Positions 62,973 to 64,000 of a stretch of DNA of 64,000 bases are shown piece after piece. The stretch is from Ignisphaera sp. (GTDB lineage Archaea; Thermoproteota; Thermoprotei_A; Sulfolobales; Ignisphaeraceae), in contig JAWBDT010000006.1 in NCBI GenBank assembly GCA_038821645.1, forward strand, positions 1 through 64,000, read 5' to 3'. The position numbers and the translations under genes were made by a program. The notes under the pieces are model-generated. The model did not search any database. It was given only the letters and a program-made list of their open reading frames with translations, and was not told where the DNA came from. How positions within the stretch are numbered: position 1 is the stretch's first letter; each line of letters begins with the position of its first letter.

Positions 62973-64000
62973 CTAGACATTTATATAGCTGAATATCTCT
63001 ATAGGTGATGGATAAGACGTGATTTTCCTACTCTCCTCACGCTTAAGCTCTATATATGTCTCTATAAGTTCTGTAGAGAATGCTGGTTTAAGCCATTCAT
63101 TATCACACTCCAGTTCATCTAATGCTTCATCTAATGACCTTGGAAGCTCTTTTATTCCCAATGATCGTCTTCTTTCTCTACTCATTTTATACACATTCTC
63201 GTCTATAGGACTTCCTGGATCTATCTTCTTTTTAACACCATCAAGTCCTGCAAGAATTATTGCTGCAGAAGCTAGATATGGATTAGAGCTTGGATCTGGT
63301 GGCCTGTATTCTATCCTTATTGTACTATTATCAAAGTTATTGTACGCCGGTATTCTTATTGCAGCACTTCTGTTTGCTTTTCCCCATACAAGATACACAG
63401 GCGCTTCATAACCTGGTACCAACCTTTTATAGCTGTTTACCGTAGGACTTACTATAGCTGAAAGAGCTCTTCCATGCTCTATTAAGCCACCTATAAAGTA
63501 TCTAGCAAATTGACTTAAGCCAGCGTATTCATCATTTGGATCATAGAATAGATTGACATTATTTCTCCATATACTTACATGGATATGCATTCCAGAACCA
63601 TTATCACCATAGATAGGTTTAGGCATAAACGTGGCTATAAAGCCTCTTCTATGTGCTAGAGATTTGATAACAAATTTAGCTGTTTGAATAGCGTCACCCA
63701 GATATGTTACAGATCCTCCCCTAAAGTTTATCTCATGCTGGGATGCTGCAGCAACTTCGTGATGCAGAACTTCTACCTTTAACCCAAAGTAGTTATTTAA
63801 GGTATTACCTATCTCGATCTTTAGATCCTCAAATCTATCCCTAGGATAATGCGAATAGTAGCCATCTTTGGTGTGATTAAATGGTGGTTCAGAACTCCAG
63901 TAACCTTCGCTACTCCAGATCTCGTAGTACTGTCTCCATGTGTCTATTTTTACATGAATTTTATCGAATATGAAGAACTCTAGTTCTGCTGACACAAATG
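62973..64000 (-). CDS. glnA: Glutamine synthetase type I, 5' end outside the window
   Basis: ELEF, HHEVA, FMPKP...NGSGMH, NRSAAIRIP and EYRPPD motifs. Confidence 0.95.
   Translation of the reverse strand, partial: FVSAELEFFIFDKIHVKIDTWRQYYEIWSSEGYWSSEPPFNHTKDGYYSHYPRDRFEDLKIEIGNTLNNYFGLKVEVLHHEVAAASQHEINFRGGSVTYLGDAIQTAKFVIKSLAHRRGFIATFMPKPIYGDNGSGMHIHVSIWRNNVNLFYDPNDEYAGLSQFARYFIGGLIEHGRALSAIVSPTVNSYKRLVPGYEAPVYLVWGKANRSAAIRIPAYNNFDNSTIRIEYRPPDPSSNPYLASAAIILAGLDGVKKKIDPGSPIDENVYKMSRERRRSLGIKELPRSLDEALDELECDNEWLKPAFSTELIETYIELKREESRKITSYPSPIEIFSYINV

Noticed and set aside
595-63411. Many antisense ORFs in the track (e.g. 595..927, 16521..16931, 21603..22148, 37950..38234, 48894..49379, 63019..63411)
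   Set aside because: They shadow well-supported genes on the opposite strand and have no motifs.

Overview
AT-rich archaeal chromosomal DNA with archaeal GGTGA ribosome-binding sites and BRE/TATA promoters. The gene set points to a hyperthermophilic crenarchaeon, probably Desulfurococcales (Ignisphaera-like); this is an inference. Most of the window is housekeeping: purP-purB-purP, ilvE, proC, tldD/E, cysK, gatCAB, the eIF5A-srp54-pus10-eL21-rpo4-ksgA-uL16-dph2-csl4-rpo11 superoperon, TFS, nadE, partial glnA and tRNA-Gly(CCC). Six regions stand out. (1) An archaellum machinery cluster (ArnR-like regulator, ArlC/D/E- or ArlX-like, arlGFHIJ) has no archaellin gene and lies next to two large membrane-anchored surface proteins. 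(2) A TnpA-less TnpB element is bounded by 21-bp inverted repeats, carries an uncalled divergent 52-aa ORF and truncates a sugar ABC ATPase. (3) An RNA-ligase-1-like protein and an acylphosphatase both lack their catalytic residues. (4) An MtrH-like methyltransferase stands alone. (5) There are two C/D-box sRNA candidates and an orphan GC-rich structured RNA candidate with its own TATA box. (6) A GT-C pseudogene, a polysaccharide deacetylase and an ATP-grasp-HAD fusion cluster beside the tRNA. All product calls come from motif recognition by eye; no database searches were run.
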